A stretch of 64,000 nucleotides of DNA from Kiritimatiellia bacterium (lineage in GTDB: Bacteria; Verrucomicrobiota; Kiritimatiellia; RFP12; UBA1067): the NCBI GenBank assembly GCA_016284515.1, contig JAEEOY010000290.1:1951-65950 (forward strand). The letters run 5' to 3'. Every line of letters starts with the position of its first letter. Within the stretch, counting starts at the first letter, position 1. Positions 1-8,962 of the stretch are shown one piece after another. The notes beneath the pieces were generated by a model, which made no database searches, was not told the DNA's origin, and saw only the letters and a list, made by a program, of their open reading frames with translations. The position numbers and the translations under genes were made by a program.

Positions 1-38
1 GTGGTAACGGAGCCCCTTTGCCAACCGTCGGAGTTATT

Positions 39-62
39 GATTTCCCGGGGGGACTGTCCCCG
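39..62. promoter_or_regulatory. operator-like palindromic site, copy 1 (GATTTCCCGGGGGGACTGTCCCCG)
   Basis: Core palindrome GGGGAC-T-GTCCCC. A near-identical copy lies at 156-177. This copy sits about 50 nt upstream of the TATAAT at 111-116. Confidence 0.4.
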
Positions 63-110
63 GTGTTTTTGTATCGCGGTATCTCGTTGCGGCGGCAAGG
101 CGGAATTTTG

Positions 111-116
111 TATAAT
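111..116 (+). promoter_or_regulatory. putative -10 box (TATAAT) upstream of the gltS-like gene
   Basis: Exact TATAAT in TTTTGTATAATATG. It lies between the two palindromic sites and 87 nt upstream of the proposed TTG start at 203. Confidence 0.4.
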
Positions 117-155
117 ATGCGCCAGACGGAGGATTGCGCGAAAGAGGAAATCCAA

Positions 156-177
156 GATTTCCCGGGGACTGTCCCCG
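156..177. promoter_or_regulatory. operator-like palindromic site, copy 2 (GATTTCCCGGGGACTGTCCCCG)
   Basis: Same sequence as 39-62 minus two G. Located in the predicted 5' leader, 26 nt before the start codon. Confidence 0.4.
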
Positions 178-202
178 CCGATTCCAAGAACGGAGGTTTG
201 CG

Positions 203-1573
203 TTGCCCCTGGCCATTATAGTGTTCATATCCCTCTGCGGGCTCCTCGTCGCCGGCAAGTTCGCCCGGCTCAGGATTACGTTGCTTCAGCGTCTGTATCT
301 GCCGAGCTCCATAATCGGCGGGGCGATAGGGCTCGCAGTCCTCTCCGCTCTCGGCGACAGGGTGGATCCCGAAATAACCGGCGCCATGCGAAAGGTCCCT
401 GGTTTTCTCATCAATGTCGTCTTCGCCACGCTCTTCCTCGGCACGAAGCTTCCCAGCCTCAAAAGGGTCGTGTCGCTCGCGTTTCCGCAGCTCGTCCTCG
501 GACAGATCATGGCATGGGGGCAATATGTCGTCGGACTTGGTCTCGCTGGATTCGTCCTCTCGAGGTTCTGCGACGTGCCTCCGTGCTTTGGAAATCTCCT
601 CGAGGTTGGCTTCGAGGGCGGACACGGCACCGTCGGAGGAATGGCGGAGAGCTTCGCCGCGGCGGGATGGAGCGATGGCGCGGCGCTCGGCTTTACGGTG
701 GCGACGGTCGGGATGGTTGTCGGCATTGTGATCGGCATTGCGCTCGTCAACTGGGCGCACAGAAAGGGTATCGTCAGCGAGGTAGTGCCGTTCGAGCGAA
801 GGAAGATCCGCGAACGGCTCGGCGTCCACGCACGTCGGACGCGTCCGGCCGCCGGCTTCCAGACCGTCATGAGCGATTCCATTGATTCGCTTGCGTGGCA
901 TCTCGCGATAGTCGGCGTGTCCATCGCCATTGGCGTTGGGCTTCTCTTGCTGCTGAGGCTGACGGGGTGGAGAGTGTTCCACGGCTTCCCGCTGTTTCCA
1001 CTGTGCATGATCGGCGGCATCCTGCTGCAGCTCTGCGCGCGCGCCGCGAAGAAGGACCTCATGATTGACCACGGGCAGATGGAGCGAATCTCTGGCGCCG
1101 CGCTCGACTTCCTCGTCGTCTCCGCCGTTGCGACGATAAGCCTGAAGGTAGTCGCGGCGCATCTTGTCCCTCTCGTGGCGCTCATCGTCGCCGGCGCGGC
1201 GTGGAGCGTCTTCGCGGTGCTGTGGTTCGGCCCTAGGTGCATGAAGGAGGCATGGTTTGAGCGGGCGATTGCGGACTTCGGACAGGCCACGGGCGTGACC
1301 GCTACTGGACTTATGCTGCTGAGGACGGTCGATCCTGACTCCAAGACGTGCGCCGCGGCGAGCTTCGGCTACAAGCAACTGCTGCACGAACCATTCATGG
1401 GTGGCGGACTCTGGACCGCGTTCGCGTTCACCCTCGTCGTGGAACACGGCTGGCTGCCTGTGTTCCTCTTCTCCTGTGTGATGCTCGCACTGTGGATAGC
1501 CTGCTCATTTTTCAGAATCCGGTTGGAGGTTCCCCAATTTTCCGGGCCCGAAAATCGGCACGCCCGTGGATAA
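203..1573 (+). CDS. gltS: sodium/glutamate symporter-like membrane transporter (ESS/GltS family)
   Basis: The track ORF is 134-1573. I prefer TTG 203, preceded by GGAGG at 192-196. Many hydrophobic segments. GFEGGHGT and DFGQATGVTATG resemble the conserved GGHGTGAA and GFGLGATPTA segments of E. coli GltS. The last ~17 codons overlap a MITE-like repeat arm. Confidence 0.7.
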   Translation: MPLAIIVFISLCGLLVAGKFARLRITLLQRLYLPSSIIGGAIGLAVLSALGDRVDPEITGAMRKVPGFLINVVFATLFLGTKLPSLKRVVSLAFPQLVLGQIMAWGQYVVGLGLAGFVLSRFCDVPPCFGNLLEVGFEGGHGTVGGMAESFAAAGWSDGAALGFTVATVGMVVGIVIGIALVNWAHRKGIVSEVVPFERRKIRERLGVHARRTRPAAGFQTVMSDSIDSLAWHLAIVGVSIAIGVGLLLLLRLTGWRVFHGFPLFPLCMIGGILLQLCARAAKKDLMIDHGQMERISGAALDFLVVSAVATISLKVVAAHLVPLVALIVAGAAWSVFAVLWFGPRCMKEAWFERAIADFGQATGVTATGLMLLRTVDPDSKTCAAASFGYKQLLHEPFMGGGLWTAFAFTLVVEHGWLPVFLFSCVMLALWIACSFFRIRLEVPQFSGPENRHARG

Positions 1574-1917
1574 GCAACTCCGAGCGTTTGGGCTCCCGCG
1601 CGGGGCCTTGAGGCTGCTTCGCAGTTCGCGCTTTGCGCTCACCCGACCCGACGCCTTCGGCGCGGGCGCATTCCCGCTCCGCAGCTTCGCGTCCCTCAAC
1701 GACTGTATATGTGCAGGGTTACGCGTTTGGGGATGCGACTGCGTCGCATAAATCGTCCGAAGGCCGCTATAAACACTATGAAAGGAGTCACTTGATCGTG
1801 GTTTAAAAGCGCGAAGCAGTGAAGCGGTAGCGGGAACCCTAACCATCGGAGTTTTTGAAATTCCGCGCGGGTTGTCGTGAAGGGGAGGCAGTACCGGCGA
1901 AAATTGGGGAACCTCCA
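1524..1917. repeat. MITE-like 394-bp element with 19-bp perfect terminal inverted repeats
   Basis: TGGAGGTTCCCCAATTTTC (1524-1542) is the exact reverse complement of GAAAATTGGGGAACCTCCA (1899-1917). No credible ORF lies inside. Confidence 0.6.
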
Positions 1918-1930
1918 GTTGCCTTTGTCA

Positions 1931-1959
1931 TTGACCAACTTGCGGAATAATGGTATCAT
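1931..1959 (+). promoter_or_regulatory. sigma70-type promoter of the giant-protein operon
   Basis: TTGACC (1931-1936), 17-nt spacer, then TGgTATCAT (1951-1959). Confidence 0.6.
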
Positions 1960-2031
1960 TTTAGTCAGAAGGGGGGATGCGGTGTGTGCTGCGTCTTGTC
2001 TTCTAACGAAAAAGGGGAAGAGGAGGGGTAT

Positions 2032-5000
2032 ATGGGCAGGACAATGTCTGTTCTTCTTGCCGCGGTTTCTACTGCGGCAATGGCCGCTACATACGAAGAT
2101 GACTTCATAAGCCTCAACTGGGGCTCGGCCGTCCGGCAGGAGGTGTCGGACGGATATGTCTACACCCTCTCGACAGCGGGCGGAGCCCAGGTGACGCTCA
2201 AGCGCTCGGCGTATTTCAATCGCGCGCTTGTCGTTGGCGGCGGCGGTGGCGGCGGCGGAGTCATCGCCGGCGGTGGCGGCGGTGGCGGAGTCGTCGAGGT
2301 CAATGGAGGCGAAACTCTCTATCCAGCCAACACTTCCTGGACGGCGAACATCGGCGGCGGCGGCCCCGGCAGCTCGAACTGGTGGCGCGGCAGCAGAGGC
2401 GGAAACACTACGCTGACTCTCGACGGCGAACATTCCTACATCGCCTACGGCGGCGGCGGCGGCGGTGGATGGAATGCACCGGACCCGGATGCGTTCGCCT
2501 ATTACGACCCCGCGGCGACAGGTGGCGGCGCGGGTGCGAACTGGCGCGATCAGCGTCGCGCGCCTTTTGAGCTTACCGAGGAGGCGATTAACGCAGGGAA
2601 AAGCGCTGCTGACTTCCAGGGCGGCTATGGCGGCGCGGCCATCGGCGGCAATGGCGGTTCCTCCCCCGGTGGTGGCGGCGGCGCGGCGTACAGCGGCGGC
2701 GACGGCATATACTTGGTGGACGGAGCCAATTCCGGCAAGAACCGTGCCGGAGACGGCGGACAGGGCCGTTCCAGCGACATACGTGAGCTGACCGACGACT
2801 ACTTCGGTGGCGGCGGCGGTGGTGGCGGCGGAAACAACTGTGACTTTGCCGGTAGGGGTGGACTTGGCGGCGGCGGACGCGGCACGGACTGCAACATCGC
2901 GGAACCTCAGTCCGTCCGCAACGGCGAAGACGGACGCGGCGGCGGCGGCGGTGGCGGCGCGTTCTCCGAGAATGCATCGCTCGCTGGCGGCAATGGCGGA
3001 TCCGGCTGCATTATCCTTCGTTTCAAATATGCCAACGTTCCCGGACTCATCGTTGGCGCGAACATTCCCGAATCTCTGGTCTCCGGCGCGCTGTCTCCCG
3101 CGTTCGGGTTCCATGAAATGTCCACCGACGATACGGCGACTCTCACCGCCGCGACAGCAGACGGCTACACGGTGACGGGTTGCATTGTCGAGGAAATGGG
3201 AGCCGACGGACAGTGGGGCGCAGGCGTTCAGCACAGCGGCGCGACGCTCGCCTACACGCAGAGCGCGAATCTTACTCGCGTGACATGGCAGTACGACATT
3301 TCGCAAGAAGGCCCCGAGATTGTCGCGACGCGTTCTGAGACAAAGATCGAGTGGATGCTTAAAGACGTCGGACGCTTCGGCTCGGTGGTCACTTCCGCGA
3401 CAATGGAATGGTCAGACAGCGACAGCTATCCGTCCGAATCCACGTCGTCCGAGAGCATCATCACCTCCGCGACGACAGTGCCGGCCAAGGGTACGATAGC
3501 CCTCGCCAGCGCACCTGAGACGCTGTATGTGCGGATAACGGCTCAGAATGACGCCGGAGGAGAATCGGTCCGCGAATTCAGCCTTCAGGCACCGACGCAG
3601 GGGGCGCGCGTGATCTTCGTCTCGCCGTACGGCGACAACACAAACGGCACGGGGTCGGAGGCGAATCCGTACCTCACGCTGCGGAAGGCGATTGCCGTGG
3701 CGGAACCGGGGGATACGATAAAGCTCCTGCCCGGAGTCTTCGCGGTGGACGAGGAAACTCCTTTTCCCATTAACACCGATGTGACGATAGAAGGCAGCGG
3801 AGAGGCCAGCGTCGTTGACGGAGAGAACGCGGTCGACAATATCTTCGTCAGCACGGGAACCGGCACGCTTAAGAACCTTGTCCTCCGCAACTCCCTGGCG
3901 GACGCCGTGGTCGCATCCGGAACGGACTTCACGGTTGAGGACGTCAAGGTGGAGCAGTCGCGCGGCAGCTTCTTCGCAGCCGGAGGTTTCGCCTTCGTCG
4001 GGGCGTGCCATGCCGTGGTGCGGCGCTGCACGTTCGAGGGAATGCGCCGCCTCGGCTTCATCGGCCAGATCGGCGCGGACGCGAACGTGGAGTACGCTTG
4101 GTCGCTTCTCGTCCAGGACTGCGTGTTCCGAGACCTGATCGTTGGAGGAGCGTCCATTTATACGGCCAACCAGCTCCAGAAGGAAGGAGTTCACTATTCC
4201 GGACGCCACACCTGCTTCAACATCACGGTGGAAGACTGCCTTTTCGAAGGCATTTCCTCGTACAGGGGCGCGGACGACGGCAATTTTGGCGACGACGTGC
4301 TTGGCGACGCGTTTCCTGCCGCTGCGCTTAACATCTGCTCTGGATGGAATCACCGCGGTTACGCCTCCGTCAGCCGCTGCCGCTTCGACCGCAATACTGC
4401 GGCGTCCCTCTTCGGTACTCAGAACGCAGGTGTCAAGGACGCGAACAATCCGGTCCTCGGTCTCCTCGTGAGCGACTGCCTTTTCACGGACAACTCGCCC
4501 AGGATCGCGACCGCTGGCGGATACAACACGAAGATGCTCTACCGAAACTGCACGTTCGTCAACGGCGGAATCGGCAACTACGTGGCGCGCGACATCGCGG
4601 GAACGTTCCAGAACTGCGTCTTCGACAATGCCGGTCCCATGGTGAACTATACTGGGCATTCCTGGAACGGCGCGCAGAGCATCGGCAACGCCGTTATAGG
4701 AAAGGCGGCGTTCCGCAACTTCGAGGCAGGCGTCGCAGCTGCGGTGGACTACGACTCCGCAAACGTCGTAGTCGGCGATCCGCTGCTGGACGACGACTAT
4801 GTGCCGCTTCCGTATTCACCGATCATCGACGCCGGCGACAACGAGGGAGTGCCTTCCGTAGACCTCGTCGGCAATCCGCGCACGGCGGACAACAACGCGG
4901 ACGGCACGAAGACTGTCGACATCGGCTGCCGCGAGTCGACTTTCTGGGATTCGCCTGTTCCGACGGTGCGTGTCTCCGCACCGGGTCTCCTCTCGCTCGT

Positions 5001-8000
5001 GAAGGGCGGCACTGCGACGTTCGAGGTTTCGATCTCCGCGATTCCCCAGGGGGCGTCGGGTCCGTTCGCCGTCACGCTCGACGCGCCGGACACGTTCGTA
5101 GTCTCGCCGACGTCTTTCAGCATCGCCGGCCTTGGCGTGACGCAGACCGTGACTGTGTCCGTTCCTGCGGACGCTGCGGGCTCTGGCATGCTCGCGATCG
5201 GCGCTTCTGCGGAGGGCTTCGCTCCTGCGGAGATGGCGGTATCCTACGATGCGCTCAAGCTTGAAGTTGCCGGCGGAACGCGGCAGTTCGTCCGCGCGGG
5301 CACTGACTACGGCATCTCCGTCTCGCTGACGCTTGAAGGCGCCGTGCCGGGATCGGATGTCGCAATCGCCGCCGCGGTCGTCTCTGGCAATTCCACAGTC
5401 GCGTGGTCCGCAGAGGGCGCGAACATCATAGCAGCCGACGCGCACGCGACGGCGGGCACCCTCGTCGTCTCGCCTGTCGCCGGAACGTCTGTCATCAGGT
5501 TCACGACGCCGACCGGTGTCTTTGAAGAGACGGGAACCGCTACGCTGGACGTGACGGTCGTCGCCGGAGACGGAAGAATTGCGGTCAATCCAGTTGACGG
5601 AGACGACGCGACGGCGGAAGGCACGGCCGAGCATCCGTTCAAGACAATCGAGTCCGCGCTCGCGTTCGCTTCCACAGGCGACACGCTTGTGCTCGCTCCC
5701 GGAATGTACACCGCCTCGTCTTGGCCTATTTATCCGCACGGGGTCGCTCTCGTGGGAATGAACGGAGATAGCCCTGCCGAGGTCGGCGACGTCGTGATCG
5801 ATGCGAACAACACGGCGGAGAATCTTATAGCCTATTCCGCGGCCGACGCAGGGCTCGCGTGCCGTATCGCGAACCTCACGCTCCGCGCCAGCACCAAGGC
5901 GGCGGTAAGCATCAGCAGCGCGGATGTAACCGTTGAGAACTGTGACTTCACCCAGTCCGGTGCGAACGGCGGTGAAGTCGGCGGCGTGCATGTCATGAAC
6001 GATTCTCACGTGACGATATCCGGCTGCTCGTTCCACGACATGTACCGCATGGCCGCCGTGCTTCTGCAGTCCGCGGACACCGCTTCGGACGACACACGCT
6101 CCGTGACGGTGTCGGGGTGCTCTTTCGCCGACGGCACGTACGAGGCGGCAGCCTTGGCGAACTTCAAGGCATACGACGTGAGCGCCAAGTTCGCGCTCAC
6201 CGTAGAGGACTGCGTGTTCGAGCGCAACACGACGCCCGAAGGCAAGGTGCAGCACGACGCCTACGCTGCTGGCGCGATTCTGTTCCATGCGAACGGCGCG
6301 AGCTACACGACGCTCCGCATCGCGCGGTGCTTGTTCCGCCGGAACGTCGGAGGTGTGGTTCTCGGTCTGGAAGGCTTCAATACCGGAAACAACAGCGCCA
6401 ATCCGGGACCGGTCATCTCAGACTGCGTGTTCGACGGCAACACTCCGCGCTACGCCATGGCCAATGGCTACAGCGTCAGGTATAAATACGCGAACTGCAC
6501 GTTCAAGGGCAACACGACGGGCGTGTACAACGGACGCTTCATCGACCCGACGTTCCAGAACTGCCTGTTCGTCGGCGATGGTCCCATTTCGGGCTACCAG
6601 ACTTCCGCTTCCGGTGCCAAGGGAGACTGGGCGAACAGCATCGGAAACGTCACGTTCCTCGGAAAGAATCTCGTGTACGACACTCCGTATGGAGTCTCCG
6701 GAAAGATCACGATGAACGCTGCGGACGTCATTGAGGCCGAGCCAATCATGGACGGATATGCGCTCAGGCCGTATTCGCCCGGAGTCGATGCAGGCGACAA
6801 CGAGTGCGTTGTCTCGACCACCGATTTCGCCGGCAACAAGCGCGTCGCACGCAATACGTCCGGCGCATCTGCCGCGACCGTCGACATCGGCGCGTTCGAG
6901 TGCGCATACGGCGATCCGACCGTGCTGTCTCCGATACTGCCGTTCCCTGGGCTCGCCCCCGTCGCGATAGGCGGAAGCGTCACGATTGCGGTGACCGCGG
7001 GACCGGACGCCGAATGGCCCGTCACTGTTGACATAGAATATCCGTCGGGAATCACCGGCCCCGACTTGGTGCAGCTCACGAGCGCGGATCCCGTCGAAGT
7101 CACGGTCACGGCAACGACCGCGGAGGAGGGACTCAGTCGGCTCGTGTTCTCCATCGAGGACGGAGGCTCGACGGTGTATGATCTTGAGGTCGTGGACATC
7201 AGCGTGAAGATTGCCGGAAAGAAGCGCGTCCATGTGCGCACAGGCGCTTCGGTCGACCTTCCGGTCTCCATGGCCCAGGACGGCTTCGTCGCTCCCGAGA
7301 CGATCGAATTCACCGTCGGCACGCCGTCCGGCGGCAGCGCGGCGCAGTGGACTGGCGCGGCCTCCATCGCGCAGGGCGCGGCCGCGTCCGCCGGTGCGCT
7401 CCATGTCACGGCTGGTCAGCCCGGCGTCACGACAATCCGCTTCTCCGCAGGCGTCCCGTTCGTCGAATCCGGTTCGACCGACTTCGATCTCGAGATCGTC
7501 GCCTACGACGGCAATCTCTACGTCGACTCGGCGGACGGAAGCGACGAGACCGGCACCGGACTTGAAGTCGCTCCGTTCAAGACCATTGCCTTGGCGCTCT
7601 CCTGCGCGCAGCCGGGCGACACGGTGCACCTCGCGGCCGGAACATACGACGCGGCGAGCGGCGAGACGTTCCCGATCCACCCCGCAACCGTCGCGATAGT
7701 CGGCGCGGGTGCGGACAGCACGACGATAGACGCCGGCGACTCCTCGCTGTTTGTCGTCGAATGGAACGGACTCGGCACCGAGGTGTCCGGACGCGTCGCG
7801 GGCGTGACGCTCGCGCATTCGACTGGACCTGCTGTCTCCGTCAGCGGATCCAGCGCGCTCCTGGAGGAGGTCGAAGTCGTGCAGACTGCATCCGTCACCA
7901 ACATCACGGCGGGCGGTGGCGTGTCCGTCGGAGGCGACAGCTTCGTGGAGGTGAAGGGATGCCGTTTCGCAGGATTCGGACGCCGCTACGCCATCTGCGC

Positions 8001-8940
8001 CGAAGGCGGACTCCCGACGCTTCACGGCAGGCGGGTCACGGTAGTCGACACCGTCTTCGAGAACCTCTACTGCGGCGTTGCGCCGCTGGCGGTGCTCGAC
8101 GGCGCGGTGTACGATCTTGCCGTGACGAACTGCACGTTCTCCGGCAACTCTACGCCGATAGTGTCCGCTCGCGACACCAATGACCCCGCGATGGTCAAGG
8201 ATGCGTACGCGGCGAGCGCGATGTTCCTGCAATGCGGAGACCACCACAAGATGCTCGACGGACAGGACATCGGCTTCCGCTGCGGAACGGTCACGATCGA
8301 CCGCTGCCGCTTCGAGAAGGGGAACGCCAACCACGTCATCGGCTGTGCGTATTCCGCGTGGAATTACACATGGAACGGAAGCGAAAACGTCCAGCAAGTT
8401 CCCGAAGGCGAGCTAGACTCCATCGAAATATCGAACTCTCTGTTTGCGGACTGCGCTTCCGCTGCGTGCACAATCTACGGATACAGCACCGACTTCAGCT
8501 TCCGCAACTGCACGTTCGCCAACCTTCCCGACGGCGGACTTTGCGGACGCGTCATCAAGTCGCGGCTGTACAACTGCGTCGTGACCGAGTGCGGCCCGAT
8601 AAACGCCCATTCGCGCGCCGGCGATATCGTCTGGTGGGAGAATGAAGGCGCAAACGGCACGGCGACGCTTCACCGCACGCTTGTGTGGCACACCGTTGAC
8701 GGCGCGGATGCGACCGACGCGGCGAATGTAACGCGTCCGGACGACGACTGCCTTTCGGTCGATCCGCAGCTTCGCGCTGACTACGTTCCGCTCATCAGCT
8801 CGCCGGTGAAGAACATCGCCGTCGCCGCCGAGGTGCGCGGAGAGTTCGACCTTTCCGGCGGAACTCGCAGAAGGGGCAACGTCGCCGACCTCGGATGCTT
8901 CGAGACGGCCACTGGAGGATTTACCATCACTGTTCGCTGA
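2032..8940 (+). CDS. giant secreted protein: N-terminal poly-glycine (PGII-like) domain plus three tandem right-handed beta-helix (DUF1565/pectate-lyase-fold) modules
   Basis: ATG 2032 follows AGGAGG (2021-2026). Signal-like MGRTMSVLLAAVSTAAMAA. Gly-run domain at ~2140-3030 ends in GGNGGSGCIILRFKY. Three modules open with NPYLTLRKAIAVAEPGDTIKL, HPFKTIESALAFASTGDTLVL and APFKTIALALSCAQPGDTVHL (~3664, 5631, 7570). Each closes with VDIGCRE, VDIGAFE or ADLGCFE. Confidence 0.8.
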   Translation: MGRTMSVLLAAVSTAAMAATYEDDFISLNWGSAVRQEVSDGYVYTLSTAGGAQVTLKRSAYFNRALVVGGGGGGGGVIAGGGGGGGVVEVNGGETLYPANTSWTANIGGGGPGSSNWWRGSRGGNTTLTLDGEHSYIAYGGGGGGGWNAPDPDAFAYYDPAATGGGAGANWRDQRRAPFELTEEAINAGKSAADFQGGYGGAAIGGNGGSSPGGGGGAAYSGGDGIYLVDGANSGKNRAGDGGQGRSSDIRELTDDYFGGGGGGGGGNNCDFAGRGGLGGGGRGTDCNIAEPQSVRNGEDGRGGGGGGGAFSENASLAGGNGGSGCIILRFKYANVPGLIVGANIPESLVSGALSPAFGFHEMSTDDTATLTAATADGYTVTGCIVEEMGADGQWGAGVQHSGATLAYTQSANLTRVTWQYDISQEGPEIVATRSETKIEWMLKDVGRFGSVVTSATMEWSDSDSYPSESTSSESIITSATTVPAKGTIALASAPETLYVRITAQNDAGGESVREFSLQAPTQGARVIFVSPYGDNTNGTGSEANPYLTLRKAIAVAEPGDTIKLLPGVFAVDEETPFPINTDVTIEGSGEASVVDGENAVDNIFVSTGTGTLKNLVLRNSLADAVVASGTDFTVEDVKVEQSRGSFFAAGGFAFVGACHAVVRRCTFEGMRRLGFIGQIGADANVEYAWSLLVQDCVFRDLIVGGASIYTANQLQKEGVHYSGRHTCFNITVEDCLFEGISSYRGADDGNFGDDVLGDAFPAAALNICSGWNHRGYASVSRCRFDRNTAASLFGTQNAGVKDANNPVLGLLVSDCLFTDNSPRIATAGGYNTKMLYRNCTFVNGGIGNYVARDIAGTFQNCVFDNAGPMVNYTGHSWNGAQSIGNAVIGKAAFRNFEAGVAAAVDYDSANVVVGDPLLDDDYVPLPYSPIIDAGDNEGVPSVDLVGNPRTADNNADGTKTVDIGCRESTFWDSPVPTVRVSAPGLLSLVKGGTATFEVSISAIPQGASGPFAVTLDAPDTFVVSPTSFSIAGLGVTQTVTVSVPADAAGSGMLAIGASAEGFAPAEMAVSYDALKLEVAGGTRQFVRAGTDYGISVSLTLEGAVPGSDVAIAAAVVSGNSTVAWSAEGANIIAADAHATAGTLVVSPVAGTSVIRFTTPTGVFEETGTATLDVTVVAGDGRIAVNPVDGDDATAEGTAEHPFKTIESALAFASTGDTLVLAPGMYTASSWPIYPHGVALVGMNGDSPAEVGDVVIDANNTAENLIAYSAADAGLACRIANLTLRASTKAAVSISSADVTVENCDFTQSGANGGEVGGVHVMNDSHVTISGCSFHDMYRMAAVLLQSADTASDDTRSVTVSGCSFADGTYEAAALANFKAYDVSAKFALTVEDCVFERNTTPEGKVQHDAYAAGAILFHANGASYTTLRIARCLFRRNVGGVVLGLEGFNTGNNSANPGPVISDCVFDGNTPRYAMANGYSVRYKYANCTFKGNTTGVYNGRFIDPTFQNCLFVGDGPISGYQTSASGAKGDWANSIGNVTFLGKNLVYDTPYGVSGKITMNAADVIEAEPIMDGYALRPYSPGVDAGDNECVVSTTDFAGNKRVARNTSGASAATVDIGAFECAYGDPTVLSPILPFPGLAPVAIGGSVTIAVTAGPDAEWPVTVDIEYPSGITGPDLVQLTSADPVEVTVTATTAEEGLSRLVFSIEDGGSTVYDLEVVDISVKIAGKKRVHVRTGASVDLPVSMAQDGFVAPETIEFTVGTPSGGSAAQWTGAASIAQGAAASAGALHVTAGQPGVTTIRFSAGVPFVESGSTDFDLEIVAYDGNLYVDSADGSDETGTGLEVAPFKTIALALSCAQPGDTVHLAAGTYDAASGETFPIHPATVAIVGAGADSTTIDAGDSSLFVVEWNGLGTEVSGRVAGVTLAHSTGPAVSVSGSSALLEEVEVVQTASVTNITAGGGVSVGGDSFVEVKGCRFAGFGRRYAICAEGGLPTLHGRRVTVVDTVFENLYCGVAPLAVLDGAVYDLAVTNCTFSGNSTPIVSARDTNDPAMVKDAYAASAMFLQCGDHHKMLDGQDIGFRCGTVTIDRCRFEKGNANHVIGCAYSAWNYTWNGSENVQQVPEGELDSIEISNSLFADCASAACTIYGYSTDFSFRNCTFANLPDGGLCGRVIKSRLYNCVVTECGPINAHSRAGDIVWWENEGANGTATLHRTLVWHTVDGADATDAANVTRPDDDCLSVDPQLRADYVPLISSPVKNIAVAAEVRGEFDLSGGTRRRGNVADLGCFETATGGFTITVR

Positions 8941-8962
8941 TGAAACAACAAAAGGGGAGTAA

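Noticed and set aside
1-885. 294-aa partial ORF at the window start
   Set aside because: It is out of frame with the GltS-like transporter that occupies the same DNA. The product is Arg-rich with no motifs.
1696-3306. 536-aa minus-strand ORF, and the GGC-rich DNA at 2220-3000 considered as a tandem or CRISPR-like repeat
   Set aside because: The repetitiveness comes from Gly codon runs of the plus-strand giant protein. There is no constant repeat-spacer structure. The minus ORF is an Ala/Arg-rich shadow.
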